Shown here piece after piece: positions 51,073-60,481 of a stretch of 64,000 nucleotides of DNA. A program made the position numbers and the translations under genes. The notes beneath the pieces were generated by a model. That model was not told the origin of the DNA. It saw nothing but the letters and a program-made list of their open reading frames with translations, and ran no database searches. Location: contig CBDATS010000004.1 of assembly GCA_965200245.1 (NCBI GenBank), forward strand, positions 736,001 to 800,000, read 5' to 3'. Source of the DNA: a bacterium (lineage in GTDB: Bacteria; UBA8248). Every line of letters starts with the position of its first letter. Position 1 is the first letter of the stretch.

Positions 51073-51849
51073 TCAGCTGGCCTGTTCCGAGGCCTGCATG
51101 GCTTCTTCGAGTTGCCCGGGCGTCAGGGGGTCGCCCACGCCGATCATCGAATCGCGCGTCACGAGCTGGAAGAGTTGCGCCTCGGTCCAGTCTTCGGTTC
51201 CCGCCGGACGCTGGGGGATGATGAGATAGCGGCAATCTGCGTTCGAGTCGATGACGATGAGTTCTACGTCATCGGGCGCATCGAAGCCCATGTCCTTCAA
51301 GGTTCCCCTCGGGTCCGTCACCGCCTTCGAACGATAGGGGAAACTCTTGTACCAAGTGGGAGGCTGTCCGAGGATTTGTCTCGGGTAGCACGAACAGAGC
51401 GTGCACACCACCATGTAGCGGGTCGTATCGGTATTCTCAAGCGCCACCACGCGGTTGATGCCCGTGGTGTCGATCCCCATCTCGGCGCACGCGGCATCTG
51501 CGTCCGCCAGGAGCCTTTCCTTGAAACCCTCGTCCACCCATGCGCGCGCGATTATGCGCGAACCGATAGCAGGGCTCTGGCCGTAGATCTCCTCCACCGC
51601 GCGCCGCATCTCGTCCGTCGTAAGAATGCCCTTCTCGCGAAGGACGTTCATGAGAGCCATCATGCGCACCTGATAGTAGTCCAGATCATGCTCGACCTGG
51701 GTCACGGCACCTTCGCGGTAGGCGTCATCCGACTGCATCCGCGCGTTGTGCGCCGAAGGGTCCTGGCTGTAGGTGTGGGAATGGTCGCCGTGGTGGGTAT
51801 GTCCATTGTGATGATCGTGTGAGTGCGCCATGGTGTGCTCCTCGCTCAC
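51073..51849 (-). CDS. nthA: cobalt-type nitrile hydratase alpha / thiocyanate hydrolase gamma-like subunit
   Basis: VVCTLCSCYP metal motif, LGQPPTWYKS..YRS, VTRDSMIG; His-rich N-terminus. Confidence 0.9.
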   Translation of the reverse strand: MSEEHTMAHSHDHHNGHTHHGDHSHTYSQDPSAHNARMQSDDAYREGAVTQVEHDLDYYQVRMMALMNVLREKGILTTDEMRRAVEEIYGQSPAIGSRIIARAWVDEGFKERLLADADAACAEMGIDTTGINRVVALENTDTTRYMVVCTLCSCYPRQILGQPPTWYKSFPYRSKAVTDPRGTLKDMGFDAPDDVELIVIDSNADCRYLIIPQRPAGTEDWTEAQLFQLVTRDSMIGVGDPLTPGQLEEAMQASEQAS

Positions 51850-51870
51850 GGGAGAGCCGGCGGGTTCGGC

Positions 51871-52158
51871 TTAAACCGGCTCCAGCCAATGTTCATAAAT
51901 TTCGATATAGAGTTTGTCCTGTTTTCGTCCCGCCTCGTGATCCCACAGATCGTTGATGTCGAACTCCACCCAGTAGAGTTCCCGGAGCGGTAGTCCGTCA
52001 CCACCATAGGCGAGATTCTCGGGGTTTTTGTATTTGCCGAAATAGCGGTTGATGAAACCGATCTTCCCCTTCACGAAATACGTCGTCCGGTGATGGCCGT
52101 CGGGGTACATCTCCTTGACTCGCACCCTGTCGCCCACGCGGAAGCGGGTTTCCTCCAT
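51871..52158 (-). CDS. nitrile hydratase beta C-terminal SH3-like domain / thiocyanate hydrolase alpha-like (95 aa)
   Basis: RFRVGDRVRV, GHHRT.YFVKGK.G, LYWVEF...DLW, IEIYEHWLEP. Confidence 0.85.
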   Translation of the reverse strand: MEETRFRVGDRVRVKEMYPDGHHRTTYFVKGKIGFINRYFGKYKNPENLAYGGDGLPLRELYWVEFDINDLWDHEAGRKQDKLYIEIYEHWLEPV

Positions 52159-52240
52159 CGGAACATCCCCTTTGCAGTTGAATCGACTGGAACCGGAATA
52201 CTGTCTGAATTTTACATTGCGGGGGCTCTTTGTCCAGTCC

Positions 52241-53263
52241 CTATATCTCAAGCCCGTAAATTCGCCTTGCATTGGTGGTGAGGATCATTTCCTGTTCCGC
52301 TTCCGAGAGGCGGTTCAGGCCCGGAATATCCCGCGCGGGCTGGTGGCAGCCCATGTCCGCCGGATAGTCCGTGCCGTAGAGAATCCGCTCCGCACCCAGC
52401 GCCTTCGCCGCAAATTCAAGGCAATCCGCGTTGTGGATGATGGTGTCATAGTAGAAACGGCCGAAATACTGCTCCGGGTCTTTCGCCCCGTGTATTTTTG
52501 GCTCCCTGCGCTCGGCGTAGCCATGCTGCCAGCGGCCTCGAATCCAGGGCGTGAAGCCGCCCAGGTGGGAGAGATAGAACCGAAGCCCCGGAAACCTGTC
52601 TATCACGCCGCCGAATATCAAGCACGCCACCGCAACCGTGGTGTCGAGCGGATTGCCAATGAAGTTCCTCAGGTAGAAATCCCTGAGCCGATCGTCTGAA
52701 CCCAGCACGTTCGTGGGATGCACGAACACGGGCATGTCGAGGACCTGGGCCTTTGCCCAGAATACGTCCAGACCCGGATCGTCCAGGTTCTTTCCCGCCA
52801 CGTTCGAGGCGATCATGACGCCAATGTGGCCGTTCGCCTTCGCGCGCTGGAGTTCCGCCGCAGCGGCCTCGGGCAACTGGAGGGGAACGGTGGCCATGCA
52901 CGAAAATTTGTCGGGATACTCGATGGTCAGGGCCGTCAGACCGTCGTTCAGCGAGGCGGACAGTTCCCTGTTCGCTTCGGCCTCGAGCGTATAGAGCGTC
53001 ATGGCGGGACCGATGGAGAGCACCTGATGCGCAACACCCATCCGTTCCATGTCGGTGAAGCGCGGTGCGAGTTCATAGTAAAGGGGCGTGAGCCTGTTCC
53101 TGAGTTCCGACTCGCGCCCCAACACCTTTCCTCGCGTGACAAGCCACTCGCCCTGCTCGTCAGCCTCGATCGACGCCGTGCGGCCAAAGCGGCCCGCGCG
53201 CACATCCGCAATGAACTGCCCCGGATAGATATGGGTGTGGGGATCGATAGCCGCCATCTTCAT
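52241..53263 (-). CDS. amidohydrolase_2 (ACMSD-like decarboxylase/hydratase)
   Basis: IDPHTH, VFVHP, SHLGG, YGTDYP. Confidence 0.9.
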   Translation of the reverse strand: MKMAAIDPHTHIYPGQFIADVRAGRFGRTASIEADEQGEWLVTRGKVLGRESELRNRLTPLYYELAPRFTDMERMGVAHQVLSIGPAMTLYTLEAEANRELSASLNDGLTALTIEYPDKFSCMATVPLQLPEAAAAELQRAKANGHIGVMIASNVAGKNLDDPGLDVFWAKAQVLDMPVFVHPTNVLGSDDRLRDFYLRNFIGNPLDTTVAVACLIFGGVIDRFPGLRFYLSHLGGFTPWIRGRWQHGYAERREPKIHGAKDPEQYFGRFYYDTIIHNADCLEFAAKALGAERILYGTDYPADMGCHQPARDIPGLNRLSEAEQEMILTTNARRIYGLEI

Positions 53264-53341
53264 CCCTGTCTTGTGAGGAGAGGAGGAGGCATTCCCGGGC
53301 CTCCGCCCCGCATGCGCCCGGTCTCTACCGGTGCCGGAGTT

Positions 53342-54358
53342 CTACACGTCCAGTTTGTAGAGCTTCTTCACGTTTCCGTAGAGCATCTGTTCCTGCTCCT
53401 CGTCGGAGAAGCGCGAGAGCCCCGGAATCTCCTTCGCCCCGCCCAGATAGCCCATGTCGAATGGGTAATCCGTACCGTAGAGAATCCTGTCTACGCCGAG
53501 GGTCTTCACGGCGAACTCGAACGAATCCGCATTGTGGATGATCGTATCGTAATAGATCTTGCCGAAATACTGCTCGGGGTCTTTCGCTCCGTGCACCTTG
53601 GGTTCCCTGCGCTCGCCGTAGCCGTGCTGCCAGCGGCCCCGGATCCAGGGAGTGAATCCACCCACGTGCGAGACCAGAAACCTGATGTCCGGAAAGCGGT
53701 CGAACACGCCGCCGAATATGAGGCAGGCGATGGAAATCGTCGTGTCGAGCGGGTTGCCGATGAAGTTTCTGAGATAGTAGTCCTTGAGCCTGTCGTTGAT
53801 GCCCATCACGTCCACAGGGTGAATAAAGATCGGCACGTCGTGCTCGCATGCTTTCGCCCAGACGACATCAAGTGCGGGATCGTCGAGATTTTTCCCCGCC
53901 ACGTTCGAGCCGATCTGGCATCCGAGGTGGCCATTCTTCACCGCACGGTCGAGTTCGGCAGCCGCGCCTTCGGGATCCTGGAGCGGAATCTGCGCCATAC
54001 ACAGAAAACGATCGGGATGTTCTTTCGTGAGCGCGGTCAGCGCGTCGTTCAGCGATGCAGAGAGTTCCCTGTTGAGCCCTGCGTCGAGCGCATAGTGAGT
54101 CATCGGCGGAACGACGGAGAGTATCTGCATGTCCACGTTCTGGTTGTTGGCCATGTCGCTCAGGCGCATTCCGACGTCATAGGTTTCTTTCGGAAGCGGG
54201 TTTTTGTGAATCCGTTCTTCACCGAGAACGGTGTTTTTCGTGACGAGCAATTCCCACGGGTCGCCCGCTTCGATGGTGACGGCGTCGCCGAAACGGCCCT
54301 GGCGTACGTCTTCGATGAAACTCTCGGGAGCGATGTGGGCATGGGGGTCGATGGTCAC
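53342..54358 (-). CDS. amidohydrolase_2 (ACMSD-like), tandem paralog
   Basis: IDPHAH, IFIHP, SHVGG, YGTDYPFDM; GTG start with AAGGAG RBS. Confidence 0.9.
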   Translation of the reverse strand: MTIDPHAHIAPESFIEDVRQGRFGDAVTIEAGDPWELLVTKNTVLGEERIHKNPLPKETYDVGMRLSDMANNQNVDMQILSVVPPMTHYALDAGLNRELSASLNDALTALTKEHPDRFLCMAQIPLQDPEGAAAELDRAVKNGHLGCQIGSNVAGKNLDDPALDVVWAKACEHDVPIFIHPVDVMGINDRLKDYYLRNFIGNPLDTTISIACLIFGGVFDRFPDIRFLVSHVGGFTPWIRGRWQHGYGERREPKVHGAKDPEQYFGKIYYDTIIHNADSFEFAVKTLGVDRILYGTDYPFDMGYLGGAKEIPGLSRFSDEEQEQMLYGNVKKLYKLDV

Positions 54359-54488
54359 AGGAACTTCTCCTTGTCGATACGTGAATGAGGAAAAACCTGA
54401 TTTCGTGCAGAAACAGATTCTCGGGAATTTTGAGGGGCGATTATGCACACTTTACCGTCGCCGCGCCAGAGCACGAGGCATTGCGCCG

Positions 54489-55736
54489 TCAAAACGCCTT
54501 GTCGATCACGATACGCACGTTTCTCTCTCCCACCCGTACAGGATGTGCGATGCGGCCTTCCAGATCGCCCGCGCCTGCCGGACCGGCGGCACCGTCCGCG
54601 TCCAGGCGCGCCGAGAGCGTAACCATGCCCTCGAAGGGGGTGTCGGGAATCATCACGTTCCGTTTCGATATTTCGAACGGCAGAGGAAAGCGGGGGTTCG
54701 CCACGCGCACGACCGCCAGCGGGGGACCTCCGCTGCCCTTGCGCGCGATCAGGAACAATACGGGCTTGCCACCGGCTCTCTCCCGCAAGGCTGGGGCCAC
54801 CTCGATAACGCCTGAAATCACATCTTCAGCCTCTTGTCTACGCGCGGGCTGTGACACGGCCTCGCCTTTTGCTTCCTGCGAGAGTACGATTTCCACGTTA
54901 CGCGCACCCACCTGCACGGGCCCGTTCGCACCGCCGAAAATATCTCCCGGCTGCGTTCCGACCTTTCCGTCGCCATCAAGCTTGGCAACCAGGCTGACCT
55001 CACCAGCGAACGCCGCCCCCTGAATCATTACATTTTGATCGCTCATGGTGAACTCCAGGGGAAAGGCGGGATTCAGAATCCGCATGACCGCCAGGGGCGG
55101 GGCGGGCTGTTTTCTGCGTGCGATGATGAAAATCGCAGCCTTGCCCCTCGCCCTTTCCGCCAGGGCGGGTGCGACGCGCACCACCCCGCGAATCGTCTTG
55201 TCCCCTCCTTGCGTAGATGCCGTCCCTGGAGGCGGATTGCGTTTTTGGGGAGATTTCTTTGCTACCCTGGGCGGAGGAGCAGTGCCGATTCGGTCGATCA
55301 GCACGTCCACGTTCCGTGCACCCACGGACACCAGGCCCGCCGCCCTTCCCTCGAAATCGCCCTTGACCAGCGATCCCGGAACGCCGTCTGCATCGAGGCG
55401 GGCACGTACACGGACGCGGCCCGCGAGTTTCTGTCCGCGAATCATCACGTCGTCTTTCGTGATGACGTATTTGTAGGGAAACCGTGTTTCCACCAGGCGC
55501 TGAACCGCGAGTGGCGGCCCGCCTGTTTCGCGTTCAACGATGATGAAGAGTGTGCGTGTGCGCCACGCCTCCACGGGCAGTTCGCCGCTCATACGGATGA
55601 CGCCGGAAACGGACTCTGCCGGCGGACCGAATTCGGGCAGGAGATCGCAACCACCGAGAATCAAGGAAAGACAAATCGCCGCAAGAGCGACGCGGGAATT
55701 TCCGAATACGCGCTTCATGGTCTTTTTCCTGTTCAA
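54489..55736 (-). CDS. lipoprotein with three CcmI/CycH C-terminal-like Ig repeats
   Basis: Lipobox LGGC; three copies of LF.IA.....PPLAV.R....FP..F......VMI......G.V...A(R/K)LD.DG. Confidence 0.75.
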   Translation of the reverse strand: MNRKKTMKRVFGNSRVALAAICLSLILGGCDLLPEFGPPAESVSGVIRMSGELPVEAWRTRTLFIIVERETGGPPLAVQRLVETRFPYKYVITKDDVMIRGQKLAGRVRVRARLDADGVPGSLVKGDFEGRAAGLVSVGARNVDVLIDRIGTAPPPRVAKKSPQKRNPPPGTASTQGGDKTIRGVVRVAPALAERARGKAAIFIIARRKQPAPPLAVMRILNPAFPLEFTMSDQNVMIQGAAFAGEVSLVAKLDGDGKVGTQPGDIFGGANGPVQVGARNVEIVLSQEAKGEAVSQPARRQEAEDVISGVIEVAPALRERAGGKPVLFLIARKGSGGPPLAVVRVANPRFPLPFEISKRNVMIPDTPFEGMVTLSARLDADGAAGPAGAGDLEGRIAHPVRVGERNVRIVIDKAF

Positions 55737-56650
55737 TTCGCCCGCAAGAAGGCTTCCACCTCGCTCAGGCGGGGTAGCGCCGCCCTTCCCCCGAGGGCGA
55801 CGCAGTTCATCGCGGCGACCGCATTTGCGAAGCGCAACGTATCCTCAAGACCCATCCCGCGCAATACGCCGTAGAGGAATGCACCGTGAAAGGCATCGCC
55901 CGCCCCCGTGGTGTCGACAACGTCCAAACGAAAACCCGGCGATTCGTAAAACCGCTTCCCGTCGTATGCGAGAGAGCCATGCGCACCCAGAGTAACGCCC
56001 ACCACCCCGGGTCCCATCGCGTGAAGCCGGCGCAGGGCTTCTCTGTGATCGGAAACCCCGGTGAGGAGAGCGGGAAATTCCTCTGCCGCCATCAGGTAAT
56101 CCGTGAGGCCAATCAAGTCCTCGATACCCTCGGGCGCGTGCTCGGCATCCAGGAACACGGGCATGTCCTCATCACGCGCCCACCCTGCGGCTTTGATTTC
56201 CGCTTCGACGTGGTGGCCATCCAAATGAAGCGAGCGGCCCGAGCGTACGATATCCTCCCTTACGTCCGCAGGTGCCAGGGAAACTTCACGACGCCAGAGG
56301 ATCGTCCTCGAACCTTTTTCCTCTCCGTCGCCTTCCTGCTGCACGATGATGAGAGCGAACTGGCTCGCGCGCCCTTTCTGCGTGACGACGCCTTCCACGT
56401 TCACGCCCTCGTCTTCCAGACTCGCAAGGGAAAACGCACCCGGTTCGTCATCGCCCACCGCGCCGATGTAGGCGACATCCAGGCCAAGACGCGCGAGTGC
56501 AGCCATGGCCGTCGCCGCCTGACCGCCGCCTGCGCGCGCCGTCTCCAAGGCGCCGTTCTTGGTGTTCCGTTTCGGGTATTCACTTACCACCCAGAACTGA
56601 TCCGCCGAGTTCAGGCCGATTCCCACGGCGTCGAATTTTTTCTGCGACAT
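55733..56650 (-). CDS. PfkB/ribokinase-family kinase
   Basis: GGGQAATA, VGDDEPG, DTTGAGDAF. Confidence 0.92.
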   Translation of the reverse strand: MSQKKFDAVGIGLNSADQFWVVSEYPKRNTKNGALETARAGGGQAATAMAALARLGLDVAYIGAVGDDEPGAFSLASLEDEGVNVEGVVTQKGRASQFALIIVQQEGDGEEKGSRTILWRREVSLAPADVREDIVRSGRSLHLDGHHVEAEIKAAGWARDEDMPVFLDAEHAPEGIEDLIGLTDYLMAAEEFPALLTGVSDHREALRRLHAMGPGVVGVTLGAHGSLAYDGKRFYESPGFRLDVVDTTGAGDAFHGAFLYGVLRGMGLEDTLRFANAVAAMNCVALGGRAALPRLSEVEAFLRAN

Positions 56651-56667
56651 GAAAGGGATATCCCGCT

Positions 56668-57420
56668 TCAGATGAATTCGCGCAGGCGGACACTTTCGGG
56701 GTCTGCGGCGTGGAGCGCGTCGTGTTCTGCAGGAGTGGGTTCGGGCGTTGCGGGAGTGTGTTCCAGATCACACAAGTCGAATCCAGTGGCCGCGCGCAAG
56801 GTGTCCGCCGTTACTCCCTCGTGAATCGATTTGACCCGCAGGCGGCCCTCCGCCTTCTCAAAAATGCACATAGGGGTCACCACCGCCTCGACGTTGCCCG
56901 AAGCCGTCACAAAGTCGCATCGCTCGGGAAAGCTCCTCGCGTCGTGAACCGTTCTCCACAGCACCGTCCGCCCGGCTGTGGGCAGAATGTGCGCGCTGCC
57001 CGCACCGCCCGGAAGGCGCACCTTGGGAGAAACCGGATTGCCAATGAAGGAGAGGTTCATGTTGCCCCTTGCGTCGATTTGCGCCCCTCCCAGAAACGCC
57101 AGGTCGAGCTTGCCCCGGGCGGATAAATCAAAAATCTCCGTAAGGGTGAAATACGAAAGCGCACCCTCCATGAGCTGCCGTGCTACGGTCGATCCGGGCA
57201 GATAAAGGGGCCTGGGGTCTACGCCGCCCGGGATGTTCAGGTAGGTCAGGTTCGGCGCGTGGGTTTTCCGCGCCATGACGGCAGCCACCATCGGCAACGG
57301 GGAGGCCACCCCGTGGAAAACGATCTCACCCTCGCGGATGAGCCTGGAGAGAAAAACCGCCATCCTGTCGGCGGTGGCGCGTACCTCCTCGGATACGCCT
57401 TCGCGCGGGGCAACGCTCAT
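56668..57420 (-). CDS. family I CoA-transferase-like beta subunit (GctB/IpdB-like)
   Basis: FLGGAQIDARGNMNLS, RLPGGAGS, HDARSF...DFVT. Confidence 0.85.
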   Translation of the reverse strand: MSVAPREGVSEEVRATADRMAVFLSRLIREGEIVFHGVASPLPMVAAVMARKTHAPNLTYLNIPGGVDPRPLYLPGSTVARQLMEGALSYFTLTEIFDLSARGKLDLAFLGGAQIDARGNMNLSFIGNPVSPKVRLPGGAGSAHILPTAGRTVLWRTVHDARSFPERCDFVTASGNVEAVVTPMCIFEKAEGRLRVKSIHEGVTADTLRAATGFDLCDLEHTPATPEPTPAEHDALHAADPESVRLREFI

Positions 57421-58259
57421 GCGACGCTCCCGGAGGCCGCAGTGCTCCCCGCATGATCGCGCACCTCCCAGGAATCGAGGTGGACGCGCAGGGACTGCGC
57501 CTCTGACGCCGAGTCGAGATACTTACCCACCGCGCCCTCGTCGATGTCGTAGAAGGGGTGACAGCCACCGGGTCGTGCGCCCCCGGGCGCGTGCACGACC
57601 GCCTGCACCATGAAGGCGGGAATCGCCGTCCTGTCGGGTTTTTCGACGAAAAACGCCGTATCCTCGATGCGCTCGGCCGTAAGTATCACCGACTCGGCCG
57701 CTCTGGACATCAGCACGTCCTCGAACACGCCGCCGTCTATTCGCGCGTTTCCCTCCGCGTCCGCATATGTTACGTGGAGCACGGCGAACCTGGGCCTGAT
57801 TCCGGGGATCATGTATACCGGCTCGCCCGTGTAGGGATCCTTTACCCGCCGAAAACCGGTATGCTCCGGTACGTCACTGCCCTCCAGACCCGCTACGGGC
57901 TGGCTGGGCAGTCCATAGGCCGAAGCCCTGAGACCCGCGATGACCGTGGAACAGGCATGCTCGACCACCTGCACGCGGCCTTCCTCCACCCGGCGGCGAT
58001 ATGAAGGCGCTAGGCCGAAGAGGTTCTCGAAACCCACATAGCCTGTCTGCGTCTCCACCACGGCCTGAGCCGCGCAGAGCAAATCAATGTCGTAGGCGCC
58101 CGCCGTTTTCACGAGACGCAAGTCCTTGCGCTCCTGACGGGCGAGTTCGCGGACGAAGGCGGCGGGGATTCTCGTAAGCGCGTTTCCGCCCAAGGCGAGT
58201 AAATCTCCATCCTGCACGAGAGCCGCCGCCTGATTGAGGGTCACCAGCTTGTCCGCCAT
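57417..58259 (-). CDS. family I CoA-transferase-like alpha subunit (GctA/IpdA-like)
   Basis: KLVTLNQAAALVQDGD, GLRASAYGLP, DPYTGE, ADAEGNARI. Confidence 0.85.
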   Translation of the reverse strand: MADKLVTLNQAAALVQDGDLLALGGNALTRIPAAFVRELARQERKDLRLVKTAGAYDIDLLCAAQAVVETQTGYVGFENLFGLAPSYRRRVEEGRVQVVEHACSTVIAGLRASAYGLPSQPVAGLEGSDVPEHTGFRRVKDPYTGEPVYMIPGIRPRFAVLHVTYADAEGNARIDGGVFEDVLMSRAAESVILTAERIEDTAFFVEKPDRTAIPAFMVQAVVHAPGGARPGGCHPFYDIDEGAVGKYLDSASEAQSLRVHLDSWEVRDHAGSTAASGSVA

Positions 58260-58516
58260 CGATTCCTACTCATTGAGGTGAACGCTGTCTCGATTATCCA
58301 TTAGACGCGCGCGCGCCTCAAGACGAGCGAAGCTGCGTTCCCGGAAGTAACTTCATAAGAGTTTGAATCCCTGTGGAAAAGCCCGATTTTTTCCATTTGA
58401 CAAAAACATCCATATTTTCTAGGCTTTGGAATGGTTTTCGGGCAATCCAGAGCCTTCCCGCCCATAGGCTCGCATAACGGCCCGAGGAAAGACTGTTCCC
58501 GTTCTGCCCGTCTGGG

Positions 58517-59449
58517 ATGAACATGAATCCCCAGGAAAATACGTCGAGTCCCGAAGTTACGCCTTCGCCTTCAGGAGCGATTGAGTCAACCGGTTTCCCC
58601 TGGGGCAGCGATATGTCCGCAGGGAACCTCGAAAACTGGGAAATCCTGGAGAGCGGGCAGGCGTCTGAGGCGGATTACCCGCAAATTCAAGAGGCCGCCT
58701 CCGGTACACAGGATGATTCCGAACGATTCAACGTCAAAATCGACATCTTCGAAGGACCGCTCGAACTGTTGCTCCACCTGGTGCGCGAGCACAGACTCGA
58801 CATTCACGACATTCCGGTCGCGTTCATCACGGAGCAATACCTGAAATACGTGGAACTGCTCAAAAAACTGAACATCAACCTGGCGTCGGAATACCTCGTC
58901 ATGGCCTCCTATCTGGTCTACATCAAGAGCAGAACGCTCCTGCCCCGGTCCGACGACGTCATCGAAGAGGAAGACCCCGAGGTCTTGAGGCAGGAACTCC
59001 AGCTTCAACTCATCGAGTACCAGAAATTCAAGAAAATCAGCCAGATGTTCCGCCACGCCGAGGAGGAGCAATCCTGGCTCTTCACGCGTGGCGCGGGCCC
59101 CCTCCTCATCGAGAACGAGGAAGATGAAGCGCCCAGGCTGCAAGTGACGGTGTTCAACCTCATCAGCGCCATGCAGTATCTCATCGAATCCATCGGGGAA
59201 GAAGGCGTGCACCTCGTGGACATCGACGAACTCGAGATCGCCGACATGAGAACCAGGCTGTTGGATACCCTGGAGGACGCGGGTGAGGAGGGCGTCCTGT
59301 TTCAATCATTGTTTCAGACGAGGCGCGCGCTGGAAGTGGTGGCAATGTTCCTGGCCCTGCTCGAACTCGTCAAGGGAAATCTCATCGTGGCGCAACAGGC
59401 GTCCAATTTCGGAGAAATCCGTATAATGAAGGCGGTGCGAGATGAATAA
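58517..59449 (+). CDS. scpA: segregation and condensation protein A
   Basis: FEGPLELLLHLV, EYLVMA.YLVYIKSR.LLP, FLALLELVK. Confidence 0.93.
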   Translation: MNMNPQENTSSPEVTPSPSGAIESTGFPWGSDMSAGNLENWEILESGQASEADYPQIQEAASGTQDDSERFNVKIDIFEGPLELLLHLVREHRLDIHDIPVAFITEQYLKYVELLKKLNINLASEYLVMASYLVYIKSRTLLPRSDDVIEEEDPEVLRQELQLQLIEYQKFKKISQMFRHAEEEQSWLFTRGAGPLLIENEEDEAPRLQVTVFNLISAMQYLIESIGEEGVHLVDIDELEIADMRTRLLDTLEDAGEEGVLFQSLFQTRRALEVVAMFLALLELVKGNLIVAQQASNFGEIRIMKAVRDE

Positions 59450-60374
59450 TCCCCAACCGGAAAACCACAATGCCGAACCGATAGAAACGGATATCCCCTT
59501 CGAACTTGCCCAGGACGAGGCATCGCCCCCGGACGCCGCCGCCAGGGCACTGGCGGAGCATCAGATGGAGGCGATGGAAGAACCTCGCCAGGAGACGACC
59601 TTCGAGATTGACGAATCGCAGGAATACCTCGACACGGCCAATTGCCAAGACGACGGGGAGGTCGACAAAGACGCGCCGCTCGTCATGGATATGGACGAGG
59701 CGAAACGTATCGTCGAATCCATCCTGTTCGTCGCCAGCGAACCGCTCAGGCCACGTGACCTTTCCATCGTTTTAAAGGGCGTTTCCAACGTGAACGCCAA
59801 GGTCGTCCGAAAAATCCTGGCCGGGCTGGTCGAGGAATATCAGGAGAGAACCCTGCAGATTATCGAGGTGGCCGAAGGTTTTCGCCTTTGTACCAGAGCA
59901 GAATTTTCCCCCTGGGTAAAACGGTTCACCAAAACGGAGAAAAAAACCAAACTCTCCCAGGCAGCACTCGAAACCCTGGCAATCCTGGCCTACAAGCAGC
60001 CCATCACCAAGGCGGAGATTGAGGAGATAAGGCGGGTGGACTGTGGCGGCGTGCTGCACACCCTGCTTGAACGCGGTCTCATCCGCATCATCGGACGGCG
60101 CGACGTCGTGGGCCGGCCCATCGTCTACGGCACCACGCCCCTGTTCCTGGAGCACTTCGGCTTCAAGAACCTCTCTGACATGCCGAAGCCAGAGGAATTC
60201 GAATCGAGCGAACAACTCGACTTGTCACCTGCGAACATTGGACAGGAAATCCTCGCTCTCAATACCGAGTCGGAGGCGCCGCCGCCGAACAGCCACGCCA
60301 ACGGTCATACAAACGGCCATGCCAACGGGCACACGGAAGAAACCATCGAAAGGAAGGCGGGGATTCCATCCTGA
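59442..60374 (+). CDS. scpB: segregation and condensation protein B
   Basis: VESILF, LSQAALETLAILAYKQPITKAEIE, GRPIVYGTT..FLEHFG; C-terminal HxNG repeats. Confidence 0.94.
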   Translation: MNNPQPENHNAEPIETDIPFELAQDEASPPDAAARALAEHQMEAMEEPRQETTFEIDESQEYLDTANCQDDGEVDKDAPLVMDMDEAKRIVESILFVASEPLRPRDLSIVLKGVSNVNAKVVRKILAGLVEEYQERTLQIIEVAEGFRLCTRAEFSPWVKRFTKTEKKTKLSQAALETLAILAYKQPITKAEIEEIRRVDCGGVLHTLLERGLIRIIGRRDVVGRPIVYGTTPLFLEHFGFKNLSDMPKPEEFESSEQLDLSPANIGQEILALNTESEAPPPNSHANGHTNGHANGHTEETIERKAGIPS

Positions 60375-60402
60375 CGTAACCCGGGGAATTCTGATACAAC
60401 CC

Positions 60403-60440
60403 AAGGGGGGGGAGCCCGGGCTTTCCTCCTTTCTTTTTTC
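60403..60440 (+). terminator. probable rho-independent terminator after scpB
   Basis: G-rich/C-rich hairpin (aagggggggg agcccgggct ttcctccttt) followed by a T tract. Confidence 0.6.
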
Positions 60441-60481
60441 ACGTGCGGCGGAACCCGAACCTTTCCGCCAAGGAGGGAAAC

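Noticed and set aside
60294-60335. HANGHTNGHANGHT repeat in the ScpB tail
   Set aside because: Low-complexity disordered tail; no evidence of separate function.
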